From positions 8,329-72,328 of the IMG/VR virus record IMGVR_UViG_3300036668_000241: 64,000 nt of DNA. One strand, 5' to 3'. Every line of letters begins with the position of its first letter. Position 1 is the first letter of the stretch. The notes beneath the pieces were generated by a model. The model did no database searches, was not told the origin of the DNA, and worked only from the letters and a program-made list of their open reading frames with translations. Positions 39,477-48,391 of the stretch are shown here, piece by piece. A program made the translations under genes and the position numbers. This DNA comes from a virus.

Positions 39477-40876
39477 CGTTCTATGTGAGTAATGTCTTCG
39501 TTTACTCCGTGATCATCACTTATCAGAGAATACATCCCTGCAGCAAGTTCACCTTGTTGATTCGTATTGTAAATAGCCCAAGGCCCAAAGGGTGTGTCAT
39601 ACCACTTTCCCTTTACCCATTCATGCTCAACGAGGGTCGGGATTAGTTCGGCGGGGGTCGGTGCGACGTAGAGGGTGAGTGTTCTAGAATCGCATTGACT
39701 CTGCCCACCCTTATCCCACGCCACCCAAAACTCATCAACTTGATCGTCATATGTTTCAATGGAAGTTACTGTCCCGATGAACATATCATTCCGTACCCGA
39801 TCCCCAACCTTGAACTTAGGCTCAGGTGTAGGTGGGATGTAGAGGTCAAGACGAGAGGCACTTACGCGTGTTACCGGCATCCCTGTCGTTGTGCAGACAT
39901 CGTATGACCAGTCACTTGCGACGCTGCTGCTACCCAATATTCCGGTGATGACCAAGATTTCGCAGTGCTCATCTAGCAGCACCCGATCCCCCAAGTTAAA
40001 CTTTGGCTTAGATGTCAGTGATTTCTTGACGTAACCACCTGAGCAGCCACACGAGGTAATTTCTGGTAGGACGTACAGGGTTAGATCGTCTTCATTTATA
40101 CGCCAGTTTTCGTTTGAGTAGTACCATTGATCGGATTCATTAACGTATTCGGCTTTAGTAATTTCCCAAAAAAGATGACCTGAGAATGGGTCTACCACGG
40201 GATCTCCAACTTTGAATTTTGGTTTCGGGGACATCTTTACTTCACCTTTAAACTCTCGTTTCGGGTAGATCGTTACTCCACCTTTTGAGCCGACGTTCGC
40301 CAACGTTACTATTGTGTCGTCTAACAGATACGCTTTTGATGTGTGATCATCTTCAACTGTGACCTTGAACATCTGATTGGCTGCAGAGTGATAAATAATA
40401 ATTCCTTCTGGTCTATCAAACCCTCGAGCTGCTACGCTGCCCTGATATTTAAATGACTGGATGCAGTCTTTTGCAGCGTCTGTGTGAAACGGACCTTCGT
40501 ACAAAGTAGGAACTACAGTAAGCCCGTATTCAGTGAGACCGACATCCTTCCAACGCTTCACATTAAATAGTGAAAACCTTCGTTCTCCTTGTAATAGTCC
40601 GTATCCTCGTTGGATTCCATGCCCCCACCATTCACCAAAGTGAAGTCCAGGTCCCAGCGTTGAAATGAGTTCTAGTTTGTTTTTGCTAACCCATGCAGCA
40701 AACCCAAAGTTGTCTTCCTCAAGAGTGATAACTTTTTTACGGGATTGAGCGTAGATATCCCCATCTACGGTAATTCCGATGGCTGCATTAGTTCCATCAA
40801 TTTTTTCCGTGATAACTATGTCTCGGTTGAGACGTGGAATCTTTGGGAAAGCGTTAAATTCAATTAAATTTGTCAT
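39452..40876 (-). CDS. RNA ligase (Rnl2-like adenylation domain) fused to three SH3/KOW-like repeats
   Basis: FPKIPRL, TEKIDGTNA, GEWWG.GIQR.Y, PEG...FK; then PKFKVGDPV, PKFNLGDRV, PKFKVGDRV. Confidence 0.8.
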   Translation of the reverse strand: MTNLIEFNAFPKIPRLNRDIVITEKIDGTNAAIGITVDGDIYAQSRKKVITLEEDNFGFAAWVSKNKLELISTLGPGLHFGEWWGHGIQRGYGLLQGERRFSLFNVKRWKDVGLTEYGLTVVPTLYEGPFHTDAAKDCIQSFKYQGSVAARGFDRPEGIIIYHSAANQMFKVTVEDDHTSKAYLLDDTIVTLANVGSKGGVTIYPKREFKGEVKMSPKPKFKVGDPVVDPFSGHLFWEITKAEYVNESDQWYYSNENWRINEDDLTLYVLPEITSCGCSGGYVKKSLTSKPKFNLGDRVLLDEHCEILVITGILGSSSVASDWSYDVCTTTGMPVTRVSASRLDLYIPPTPEPKFKVGDRVRNDMFIGTVTSIETYDDQVDEFWVAWDKGGQSQCDSRTLTLYVAPTPAELIPTLVEHEWVKGKWYDTPFGPWAIYNTNQQGELAAGMYSLISDDHGVNEDITHIERCDPPEVK

Positions 40877-40933
40877 TGGGTTCCTTTTGTTTTTTTGTCT
40901 TTTGTCTTATCTGCTAGGTTCGGTAAAAATATA

Positions 40934-41380
40934 TCATACTAGAATTTTATATTCAAGTGCTTCTTTGATAACTTCTGCTATGGCTCTGTCCCTATCTACA
41001 TATGTGTCAAATGTTTCTAGGACTCTAGTGGCAAAATATACTCCCTGTCTTACTCCAAAGTCGATTGCTTGCTCTTCAGAATTGAATTGGGTGTCGGTCT
41101 GAGTTTTTGAGAACTCATATCCCTGCATGAATCCTTCGTCGTAGTCCACGTTGTTGTCTTTACTCGCGTCTAAGTCTTCTTTTTTATTTGTTCTACTTAT
41201 TTTCATGTTTTCTTTTATTCGACGTTCGGTTTCAAGTAGTCCAACGTAGGACGTAGATTCAATAACTACTGCTATGCCATCGCTGGCAACTCTTTTTAAT
41301 TCGATTAGCGCGTCTCGAGCGCCGTCTTCATACCCGCCGTAATATCCTTCGTCGTAATCCACGTTGCCATCTTTAATCAT
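40934..41380 (-). CDS. Hypothetical protein with internal NVDYDEG repeat
   Basis: Two NVDYDEG...GYE units. Confidence 0.55.
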   Translation of the reverse strand: MIKDGNVDYDEGYYGGYEDGARDALIELKRVASDGIAVVIESTSYVGLLETERRIKENMKISRTNKKEDLDASKDNNVDYDEGFMQGYEFSKTQTDTQFNSEEQAIDFGVRQGVYFATRVLETFDTYVDRDRAIAEVIKEALEYKILV

Positions 41381-41805
41381 CTCAAGAAACCTTCTTTACG
41401 AGCCTTAGCTACCCAACGGGCAGAGGTACTGTGTGGTGCACCTGTTGCTTTAGAGATTGCTACTAAGGGACGTTCGTTTCGTGTTAGGGCATCAATATAG
41501 AAATGAGACAAGTTCTTAAGAAAGACATCATTAAGAGAGTTAGGACGGTCTAACGATGGACGAGTCTTAGCCGGTTGTGCGCTGGACCTGTTCTTGATAA
41601 TTGTCTCTACTGCACCGAGTGGAAACTCTCGCAGATCATATGCAGACATTGACTTATTTACTTGCGTCTTAAACTTTACCTCAGAGATTGAGCCTTTATT
41701 ATCTGTAAGAATAGTAGCGGACCCCGTGAAGTTAGAATATTTAACCGTGTAGATATTCTTTTCTGTCTCTGACTTCTTAACAGTTATTGTTTCTTGAAAA
41801 CTCAT
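41377..41805 (-). CDS. Putative DNA-binding protein with C-terminal HTH
   Basis: PLVAISKATGAPHSTSARWVAKARKEGFL; TTGACA-18-TAGACT promoter upstream. Confidence 0.65.
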   Translation of the reverse strand: MSFQETITVKKSETEKNIYTVKYSNFTGSATILTDNKGSISEVKFKTQVNKSMSAYDLREFPLGAVETIIKNRSSAQPAKTRPSLDRPNSLNDVFLKNLSHFYIDALTRNERPLVAISKATGAPHSTSARWVAKARKEGFLR

Positions 41806-41884
41806 TGTTTGTGCCCTTCGTCATAGATTAATTATCTTTATTGCTTAAGAGTAAGTCTAAACACATAACCGTTTACTTGTCAAC

Positions 41885-42541
41885 TTATTCTTCTATTGTT
41901 TCTGTGTAGTTAAGATTTTTACCACAGGGAGGACATAAAGTTTTAAGCCAGTGGCTCTGCGTAAGAACCTCTCCATGTAAACTTGAACAAACTTCACATG
42001 TGCGGGATGAAAGTTCTTCGTACTTTTCTACTATATTTGACATCTCTTCATATAGATTGCTTTGACGTAGACCCTCTGGTTCATACGCCTTTAGTGTTGC
42101 TTCATGTTCTGCGCTATCAAAGTGCGGACAGTATTCTGTGTGAAACCACTCCGACAGTTTGTATTGCATCTCGATTGTTCTAAGGCTCCTATCCTCTTTA
42201 GTAAGATATGCAGGATTAACTGGGCCTCTGGCTGGCGCTAGGTTATCAATATCTTTGCAGCATTGATGCTCAGGGGATGGTAGTCCGAAATAATAGCGAA
42301 GGGTAGCGTATTTTTCCTTGACTTGGTGGATCTCGTAGTCTGGATATATGGCCGAAAGTTTTTTGTCGAGTTCTATTATTAAAGGGTACCAACCTTTGTT
42401 ACATGAAATCCATTTTCCCCAGCCGTCGGGAATGCGATTAAGGATTACTAACAAATCCTCTGAGTATTCTCCTGCATCTTTTGGCAGGTGAACGGTATCT
42501 CTAAAAGATTTAACTTTTTCTTCTTCTTGATTATTTATCAT
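41885..42541 (-). CDS. Conserved phage hypothetical protein
   Basis: GWYPLI...QVKEKYATLRYY...S.RTCEVC...TLC. Confidence 0.65.
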   Translation of the reverse strand: MINNQEEEKVKSFRDTVHLPKDAGEYSEDLLVILNRIPDGWGKWISCNKGWYPLIIELDKKLSAIYPDYEIHQVKEKYATLRYYFGLPSPEHQCCKDIDNLAPARGPVNPAYLTKEDRSLRTIEMQYKLSEWFHTEYCPHFDSAEHEATLKAYEPEGLRQSNLYEEMSNIVEKYEELSSRTCEVCSSLHGEVLTQSHWLKTLCPPCGKNLNYTETIEE

Positions 42542-42863
42542 TGTTGGTAATCCTTAACTCGGTTTCTATGTCATATGGTCTAGCACAACAGCCGTCGCAA
42601 CCGTGGACGGATTCAAACTCGTCCATAGATTTCTGATCGTCCGGGTCAGGATGACCAATACCGTGTGGGCAGATGCGCTCCATTAGGGCTCTGTCGCTAC
42701 GCCAGTTTTGGGGCCACGAGTCCATGTGGTGGTTGGAATTGTAATGGACCGGGCACCAGTAACCTCTGCAACGTCCTATGGCGTGAGCGATAATTTTCTG
42801 GCCACCTACCAGTATTGATGGCTCCAGCGCATTCATATCGTAGTAGGTCTCGTCCTTGCTCAT
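42531..42863 (-). CDS. Conserved phage Cys/His-rich protein
   Basis: MERICPHGIGHPDPD...HGCDGCC. Confidence 0.65.
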   Translation of the reverse strand: MSKDETYYDMNALEPSILVGGQKIIAHAIGRCRGYWCPVHYNSNHHMDSWPQNWRSDRALMERICPHGIGHPDPDDQKSMDEFESVHGCDGCCARPYDIETELRITNNDK

Positions 42864-42911
42864 TTTAATCCTATCTAGTTTAAGTATTTAAACCTTACCA
42901 CTAGATAGGAC

Positions 42912-42950
42912 AAAACAAAAGTCCCTGCATAGAGTAGAAAATGCAGGGAC
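42912..42950 (-). terminator. Intrinsic terminator after the lysin genes
   Basis: 10-bp stem GTCCCTGCAT/ATGCAGGGAC followed by TTTTGTTTT on the minus strand. Confidence 0.75.
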
Positions 42951-42967
42951 CTTATAGAGATATTATA

Positions 42968-43582
42968 CTACAAGTTGCAGGTTCTTCCGGGAACAGTCTC
43001 ATTCCAGTGGTGCCTGCCAGACCATTTGCTCTCGTAGTTGAGTGCAGTAAAAAATGCTCGGTCCTGGAATTCACGAGCCCATTTGTTGATCGGGGTCTTC
43101 TGCAGTTTGGTACGGATTTTCTTGGCGACTGGTTTGCCGTAGTCCTTCTTGAGTTCTGGGTAGATCATATGAGGAAGTCCATTTCTCCAGCTTCGATCCA
43201 GGAATTGATATGCGCCAGCAGCAGTTGAGGTTGGGTAATTAGTAGCTCCATATGTGTTGCGGGATTCTCGGTACATTACGCATTCGCGGAAATGCTCTTG
43301 AGATTTGTTGTAGAACTTGCCGGTGTAGACGCTCTTCTCATATCCATGCATGGACGGATGTTTATACTTCCGAGTGACCGTTGGCATCTGAACTCGAGCA
43401 ATCGTAGGGACCGAGGTGACTGCCATAGCGGTAGTGAAAGTTATTCCCCGGGCATCCTTTGGGACTGGCGTAACAGCCGTGGAAGTTGCAAGTGAAGATG
43501 CTGAAAGCAGAGTGACAACGGATAGTAGAAATAGGAGTACACTAAGCTTGCCTGCTACTTGGGTATATTGATGGTTGAACAT
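42968..43582 (-). CDS. Secreted lytic transglycosylase (Rpf/SLT-like)
   Basis: Hydrophobic signal peptide; CVMYRES...N..STAAGAYQF...W...QD. Confidence 0.75.
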   Translation of the reverse strand: MFNHQYTQVAGKLSVLLFLLSVVTLLSASSLATSTAVTPVPKDARGITFTTAMAVTSVPTIARVQMPTVTRKYKHPSMHGYEKSVYTGKFYNKSQEHFRECVMYRESRNTYGATNYPTSTAAGAYQFLDRSWRNGLPHMIYPELKKDYGKPVAKKIRTKLQKTPINKWAREFQDRAFFTALNYESKWSGRHHWNETVPGRTCNL

Positions 43583-43670
43583 ATCTTTCCTTCCGTGGTG
43601 GTCGGTTAGTTGTGATGGTAAAAGGTTGAGCCCCTCCTCTTCTGGCGAAGATCGGGGGCCCAATTTTAGT

Positions 43671-44705
43671 TTAAGTTGCTTTCACGGTAAAACCATTTTT
43701 CTTTCCTAGCTTTATAAGTGAAGCTCTACCAGGGATTCCGTCAGCGTCTGCGCCTGTGTAACCCAGCTTTTTCTGCCACTTGGCGTAGGCTGCCTTAGTA
43801 GCAGCATTAAATACGGGAGAGACTTGCTTGGCTAGTCCTACCTCCTTTTGAAGGGCTTCTTGTACCGTGCCGACCGAAGCGTTCTTTTGCCGTGGCTTTA
43901 GATCGCTAAGCTTTACGACTGGCTTCGGTGCTGGCTTTGGCTTGGCTGGCACCACTTCACACACAACTACTGCTGGTGGGTCGGACTTTGGGATTTTTCC
44001 AACAATAATCTGTTCTGGCTCTGGTGTTGGGGTGGGTTTGACAACCAAGACGCCTTTTGAATTGGCTTTTACAAAGGCAGTGACTTCTCTGCGCGTCTTC
44101 TCTGAATCTATTACGTTCCTTCGGGCGATTCCTACGACCTGATGCCACCAATCGAGATCCTGCTTGACATCGGGTTTGCGGGTAGTCCAATCTTGATGAC
44201 GGATCACTCGATCTACTGGGTACGACAGGTTGAATGGGCGCAGGGCGTTAAGTAACGCAGCGGAGAGCAAAGCTGTAGATATCACCTGCTCGAGGGTCAT
44301 GCCACCTTTAGTTCCGTTGATGGCTGCCGTTGTACCAAGAGATTCGATTTCGATTCCGTACAGGTACTCGTTACCTTGATCCTTGGGAACGGTAACGTCG
44401 GGAAGTGTTTTTCTTTTGAAAGTTACAGGTCCGCCTGAACCAGCATGATAGGCGCTGGTACCTGAAACAACTTCAACGGTACCGTCGCGGTTTACGAGGA
44501 AGTGACATGCGCGCACTGGAGCATAAGGGTTGCCGTTGACAATCCAGTTAAGGGAGTTCGTGCCAGCCGTGTGGTGGAGAACTACGCCGACACTCGGGGA
44601 CGTTCCGTAAACGTCAATCTTCTTGGAATCCCAGCCGTCAATGAACTTTGTGGGAACTCCGTACTTCTTGAGTTTGTACTTGAGCCTTCGTTGTGAAACT
44701 CTCAT
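43671..44705 (-). CDS. Endolysin: N-acetylmuramoyl-L-alanine amidase with peptidoglycan-binding domain
   Basis: VLHHTAG, HAG, GIEIE, RHQDW..RKPD; Pro/Lys linker; VQEAL...WQKKLG...ADGIPG. Confidence 0.9.
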   Translation of the reverse strand: MRVSQRRLKYKLKKYGVPTKFIDGWDSKKIDVYGTSPSVGVVLHHTAGTNSLNWIVNGNPYAPVRACHFLVNRDGTVEVVSGTSAYHAGSGGPVTFKRKTLPDVTVPKDQGNEYLYGIEIESLGTTAAINGTKGGMTLEQVISTALLSAALLNALRPFNLSYPVDRVIRHQDWTTRKPDVKQDLDWWHQVVGIARRNVIDSEKTRREVTAFVKANSKGVLVVKPTPTPEPEQIIVGKIPKSDPPAVVVCEVVPAKPKPAPKPVVKLSDLKPRQKNASVGTVQEALQKEVGLAKQVSPVFNAATKAAYAKWQKKLGYTGADADGIPGRASLIKLGKKNGFTVKAT

Positions 44706-45081
44706 TTTACTCCTCTACAATCTGTGTAATGATTTTGGTCATCTTTTAATCATACAGCAGAATGTCTTGGTTTATCAAGGTAGATCGGATTTTTATTACT
44801 TTTTATCGAAAACTTTGAGGTGTCCCTGTTGGCAAAAACATAACACTTTCATTGTGTTTCTGTAGAGAGTCTCCCCTTCTGCGGTTGCGGCGGCGGAAGA
44901 ATCCGGGGTTGTTTAGGCCCTTTATTTGTGGCTAGTATTTCTATTATTGATGAAGCTATATGATAGAAAATCATCGTTTTTTAGACTTAAGTGGGACCAT
45001 TCAACTAAAGAATTAGAGGCGGATATGGATGTGTGTAGGGTAAAAAGTTACTTACGTCAAATGATGAGTTTGCGTGAGATA

Positions 45082-45266
45082 GGTGTAAGTACAAATTAGT
45101 GAGTTACTAGCAGGAAAAAATATATGTAAGTTGTTGTTTGGTGTAAGTGGAAACCATTCATCTATATCAACTGTATGCAATATGAACTATTTTTACAGTA
45201 CACGCGTACGCGCGCGCCTATGGGCTCTACTAGAAAATAGTTCATATTAGCGACAGCTGATATAGA
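45082..45266. other. Candidate replication origin: three TGTAAGT repeats and a 33-bp imperfect inverted repeat
   Basis: Arms 45161-45193 and 45234-45266 match at 28/33; CG-rich core; located at the strand switch. Confidence 0.5.
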
Positions 45267-45420
45267 AGTATAGTTTTTGTTATTGTTCGTGGATTTATAT
45301 AGGTACTAATAGACGACGTAGAAACATAGAGTATTGGTAAGTAAGGTCCACTTTAAATGTCTTTCGCTAAAAATAGCTGTTTTAGTTGACTTGTTTCTAC
45401 TTCGGGTGTAGGATGAGCGC

Positions 45421-45999
45421 ATGATCCTCTTTTACGGGCTGAACGGTGAGACGATTTCTGAGAAAGAGTGGAGCAAACTATTTGGGAGTCCGGATCGAAT
45501 TGTGGCGAAGATGAACCTGCCGGACCAAGGAGTTGTAGTTTCAACTATTTGGATAGGACTTTCTTTTTCAGATGAGCTAGCGACAGGAGATCGACCGCTG
45601 ATATATGAGACGATGGTCTTTCCAGAGAATGATTACCTTGAGATAGAGTGTTTCCGTTGGGCTACTCGCTATGAGGCAGCGCAGGGCCATGCAGAAGTAG
45701 TTGACAAGGTAGTCTCTGGAGAGATATCCTTGGGAGTAGATCTGGCTCGAGGTCTTCAATCTGATATTGATCTTGAGTACAAAGAGTTAATATCTAGGAA
45801 GTCTGCCGAAGTAGATGCTTCAGGAGTTCCTACTGCTGGGTGTCCGATATGCGGAGACCGCTGGATTTTAGTTCCGATGCTTTTTGATGAAGAGACGTAT
45901 GATGTTGCTGCGTGGGGCACAGAAGGAACGTGCTACTCATGTGGGACAAAGGTGACTGTCTGTACCCCGCTGGATGCAGAAGGTCTAGGAGAGGATTAA
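45421..45999 (+). CDS. Hypothetical protein with C-terminal Zn ribbon
   Basis: VSTIWIGL...ETMVF...A..GH; CPIC...CYSC. Confidence 0.65.
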   Translation: MILFYGLNGETISEKEWSKLFGSPDRIVAKMNLPDQGVVVSTIWIGLSFSDELATGDRPLIYETMVFPENDYLEIECFRWATRYEAAQGHAEVVDKVVSGEISLGVDLARGLQSDIDLEYKELISRKSAEVDASGVPTAGCPICGDRWILVPMLFDEETYDVAAWGTEGTCYSCGTKVTVCTPLDAEGLGED

Positions 46000-46000
46000 A

Positions 46001-46300
46001 ATGCTTACCAAAGCGATGACCCAACACGGAACCTACTACCTAATTGATCTTGCGCAAGGAAAAGCTAAGAGAGTTCCTGCACAGAGACGAGGGGCTATGC
46101 ACGAAGATCTCGAGTGGTTTAATTTCTATGACGTAATGGCTTTTGACTCTGAGTCACTTGAAATACAGGGACCGATTATGGTTGGGAAAAGAATGTACTT
46201 TCGAGTTACACATGGAAATTTCTATGATTGGCGAGTCTCAACTGAGGTGATGTCTTTGGAGTCGGTTAACGAAGAAGGGACGGGAAAGACCAATGGATAA
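46001..46300 (+). CDS. Hypothetical protein
   Basis: GAGG RBS, coupled ORF. Confidence 0.6.
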   Translation: MLTKAMTQHGTYYLIDLAQGKAKRVPAQRRGAMHEDLEWFNFYDVMAFDSESLEIQGPIMVGKRMYFRVTHGNFYDWRVSTEVMSLESVNEEGTGKTNG

Positions 46301-46676
46301 GGTTCACGACAATCTGTGTTCATACAAGGTTCATCACTATCTTGCAGGAAAGTGCAATTGTGATGTAATAGAGGCAGTCATTGCGCGAGAGGCAGAGAAG
46401 ACGCAACTGAAGTTACAGCGCGCTTATGAACAGGGACGAATGGTAACGGTGCGCGAACGCAAGAGAAGTCAGACCTTTTCGTTAGTTAAAAATATTGATG
46501 TCAGTGGCCTCAATGGGATAGGAGTTGTTGCTTTAGGGGTAGAGTTTCCCGACGGTACAGTGGTCCTGCGCTGGTTAGGAGAGTACCCAACAACAACTAT
46601 TCATGGCAAGGGAATAATCTCGGTGGAGGCTATTGAAGGTCATGAAGGTACGATTTGGATTGAGTGGGACCTATGA
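46293..46676 (+). CDS. Conserved actinophage-type hypothetical protein
   Basis: DVSG..G.GVVA.GVEFPDG.VVLRW. Confidence 0.65.
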   Translation: MDKVHDNLCSYKVHHYLAGKCNCDVIEAVIAREAEKTQLKLQRAYEQGRMVTVRERKRSQTFSLVKNIDVSGLNGIGVVALGVEFPDGTVVLRWLGEYPTTTIHGKGIISVEAIEGHEGTIWIEWDL

Positions 46677-46939
46677 GCAAAGAGCAGTATATTCAACTAA
46701 GATCTTCTGAGATTGTTGATAGGGATTCGGCATTCTTTAATGCCGATGGTCGAAGACGAGCGATGGTCGAACAGGTGGCGAATAATTTATTTGCTACATG
46801 GTTCCCTGACTATGAAACAGGTGGCGGTCCTAAAGGTGACGACTTCCAAAACTGGCACGATATTGCCTGTCTAGATGCACAGGTAGCCGTAGAAACTTTA
46901 ATAAGAAACGCATGGATCGACGATCCGACAATGGACTGA
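46673..46939 (+). CDS. Hypothetical protein
   Basis: ATGA overlap with the upstream stop. Confidence 0.55.
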   Translation: MSKEQYIQLRSSEIVDRDSAFFNADGRRRAMVEQVANNLFATWFPDYETGGGPKGDDFQNWHDIACLDAQVAVETLIRNAWIDDPTMD

Positions 46940-46949
46940 ACTGAGAGGT

Positions 46950-47171
46950 ATGAGGATGGAACTGAGCATATGGGACACGGCAATGATCGCTGCTTGGATT
47001 GTGGTATGGCTATCGGTAGCGATGATCTTTTTTGGCATCATTGGAGCAATGGCAAAGTCACGAAAGCAAAAGAATCAGGTCTATAATAAACTCCGCAAGG
47101 CAGTCAAAACCGAAGCGGAGTTCGATCGGATTGTCAAGACGATGAAAGATGGAGATGGGGACACTAAATGA
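46950..47171 (+). CDS. Small membrane protein
   Basis: One TM helix followed by a basic tail. Confidence 0.6.
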   Translation: MRMELSIWDTAMIAAWIVVWLSVAMIFFGIIGAMAKSRKQKNQVYNKLRKAVKTEAEFDRIVKTMKDGDGDTK

Positions 47172-47632
47172 ATACCGCCTCCGCAGCCCTCGCTGCTCTG
47201 GGAATGGATCTCGAAGAAGTAGTGGAGATGGATTCGGTGCTTCGGACACGCCCGGCGCAAAGGGACGGACGGATCTGTCTTTGTGGTCATGGGGTCATGA
47301 AGCACTCAGAGTTTGGTGGTCATGTGAACTGCAAACCTTCAAAGATGGACTGTCCATGCAAACGGATTCGACCAGTCATTGATGTCGAAGACACCAGACC
47401 GTTCTTGAGAAAGACTCAAGGCGCTGGCCCCATGCACGCATTGTCTAGAGGGCTAGCAGCTTTGGCTGTATCTGGCAAAGAAGCGGAATGGATCGTGGAC
47501 TTGGTGTGTGACCGTTGCGAAGAGGAGAGTGCAATTTTGTATCCTGTTCCTGTTACCCAAAGCGGTTTCGCTTCAACGGAAGCCACTGGCTATGACGCTC
47601 TGCTGTGTATAAAATGCCGAGAGCAGATCTGA
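47168..47632 (+). CDS. Cys-rich Zn-binding protein
   Basis: CLCGH...H...C...CPC; CDRC; CIKC. Confidence 0.65.
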   Translation: MNTASAALAALGMDLEEVVEMDSVLRTRPAQRDGRICLCGHGVMKHSEFGGHVNCKPSKMDCPCKRIRPVIDVEDTRPFLRKTQGAGPMHALSRGLAALAVSGKEAEWIVDLVCDRCEEESAILYPVPVTQSGFASTEATGYDALLCIKCREQI

Positions 47633-47636
47633 TCTG

Positions 47637-47906
47637 ATGGAAAGTCGTTATGAGATGTATTCAACTAATTTAAATAACTATCTAGAAGACTTATTTACTA
47701 AAGGTGTAATAACTTCTGACGGATTAGAAGATGTAAAAACTTATTCAAAAAAAGAGATCTTCTCTATGAAGGGTAATCTTGAGAAGGATATTAAAGATAA
47801 GATCATTGAATGGGAAAAGATTGTTTCAACTGGAGATGATCGTTTGTATTCTCTAGGTCTTAGACATGCACTTGATATAATTTCTGGAGAAAATGCGACC
47901 GATTAG
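47637..47906 (+). CDS. Hypothetical protein
   Basis: LYSLGLRHALDII motif. Confidence 0.55.
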   Translation: MESRYEMYSTNLNNYLEDLFTKGVITSDGLEDVKTYSKKEIFSMKGNLEKDIKDKIIEWEKIVSTGDDRLYSLGLRHALDIISGENATD

Positions 47907-47958
47907 GATGTATAGAATCACTTCTTAAAAATCGGTAAACCATAAATATGCCTTGTTT

Positions 47959-47997
47959 CTATAATAGATCTGCTACTAAGTAGTGGGTCTATTATAG
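47959..47997 (+). terminator. 18-bp RNA hairpin (terminator or processing site)
   Basis: CTATAATAGATCTGCTAC-TAA-GTAGTGGGTCTATTATAG pairs fully with three G-U pairs; T-rich tail. Confidence 0.65.
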
Positions 47998-48115
47998 TTT
48001 ATGTTTATAAAATCCCCAAAAAGCTGCTCGCTCTCTCTAAACTCGACAAAAAACGTCCTGGAATTGCGCTACGATGTACTTTCGTAAACTTTACGAAAGA
48101 ATGGAGCTAGCTGTA

Positions 48116-48376
48116 ATGTTCAACAACAATTTCTGGATCGCAGCTTCCGAACGTGCCATCAAGACTTTTGCACAAGCCTTGCTTGCCCTTATCGGAACTG
48201 ATATGGTAGGGATTACTTCCCTTGACTGGCCTGCACTTCTCGCGGCCTCCGCAACGGCGACTCTGCTCTCCGTTCTCTCATCCGTAGGTTCCGCTAACTT
48301 CGGCAAGAACCCTGGACCGTCTCTTGCAGACGAGACAACCGAGTCGAAAACAACCTTTATTGAAAACGTAAAATAA
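48116..48376 (+). CDS. Holin, phage r1t family
   Basis: FW.AA.ERAIKTFAQ...DW...A.LLSVL.S......GPSL. Confidence 0.85.
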   Translation: MFNNNFWIAASERAIKTFAQALLALIGTDMVGITSLDWPALLAASATATLLSVLSSVGSANFGKNPGPSLADETTESKTTFIENVK

Positions 48377-48391
48377 CAAGTAGATAACGAA

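Noticed and set aside
43583-43670. c-di-AMP (ydaO) riboswitch before the Rpf-like gene
   Set aside because: Only a single hairpin in under 90 nt; no recognisable riboswitch consensus
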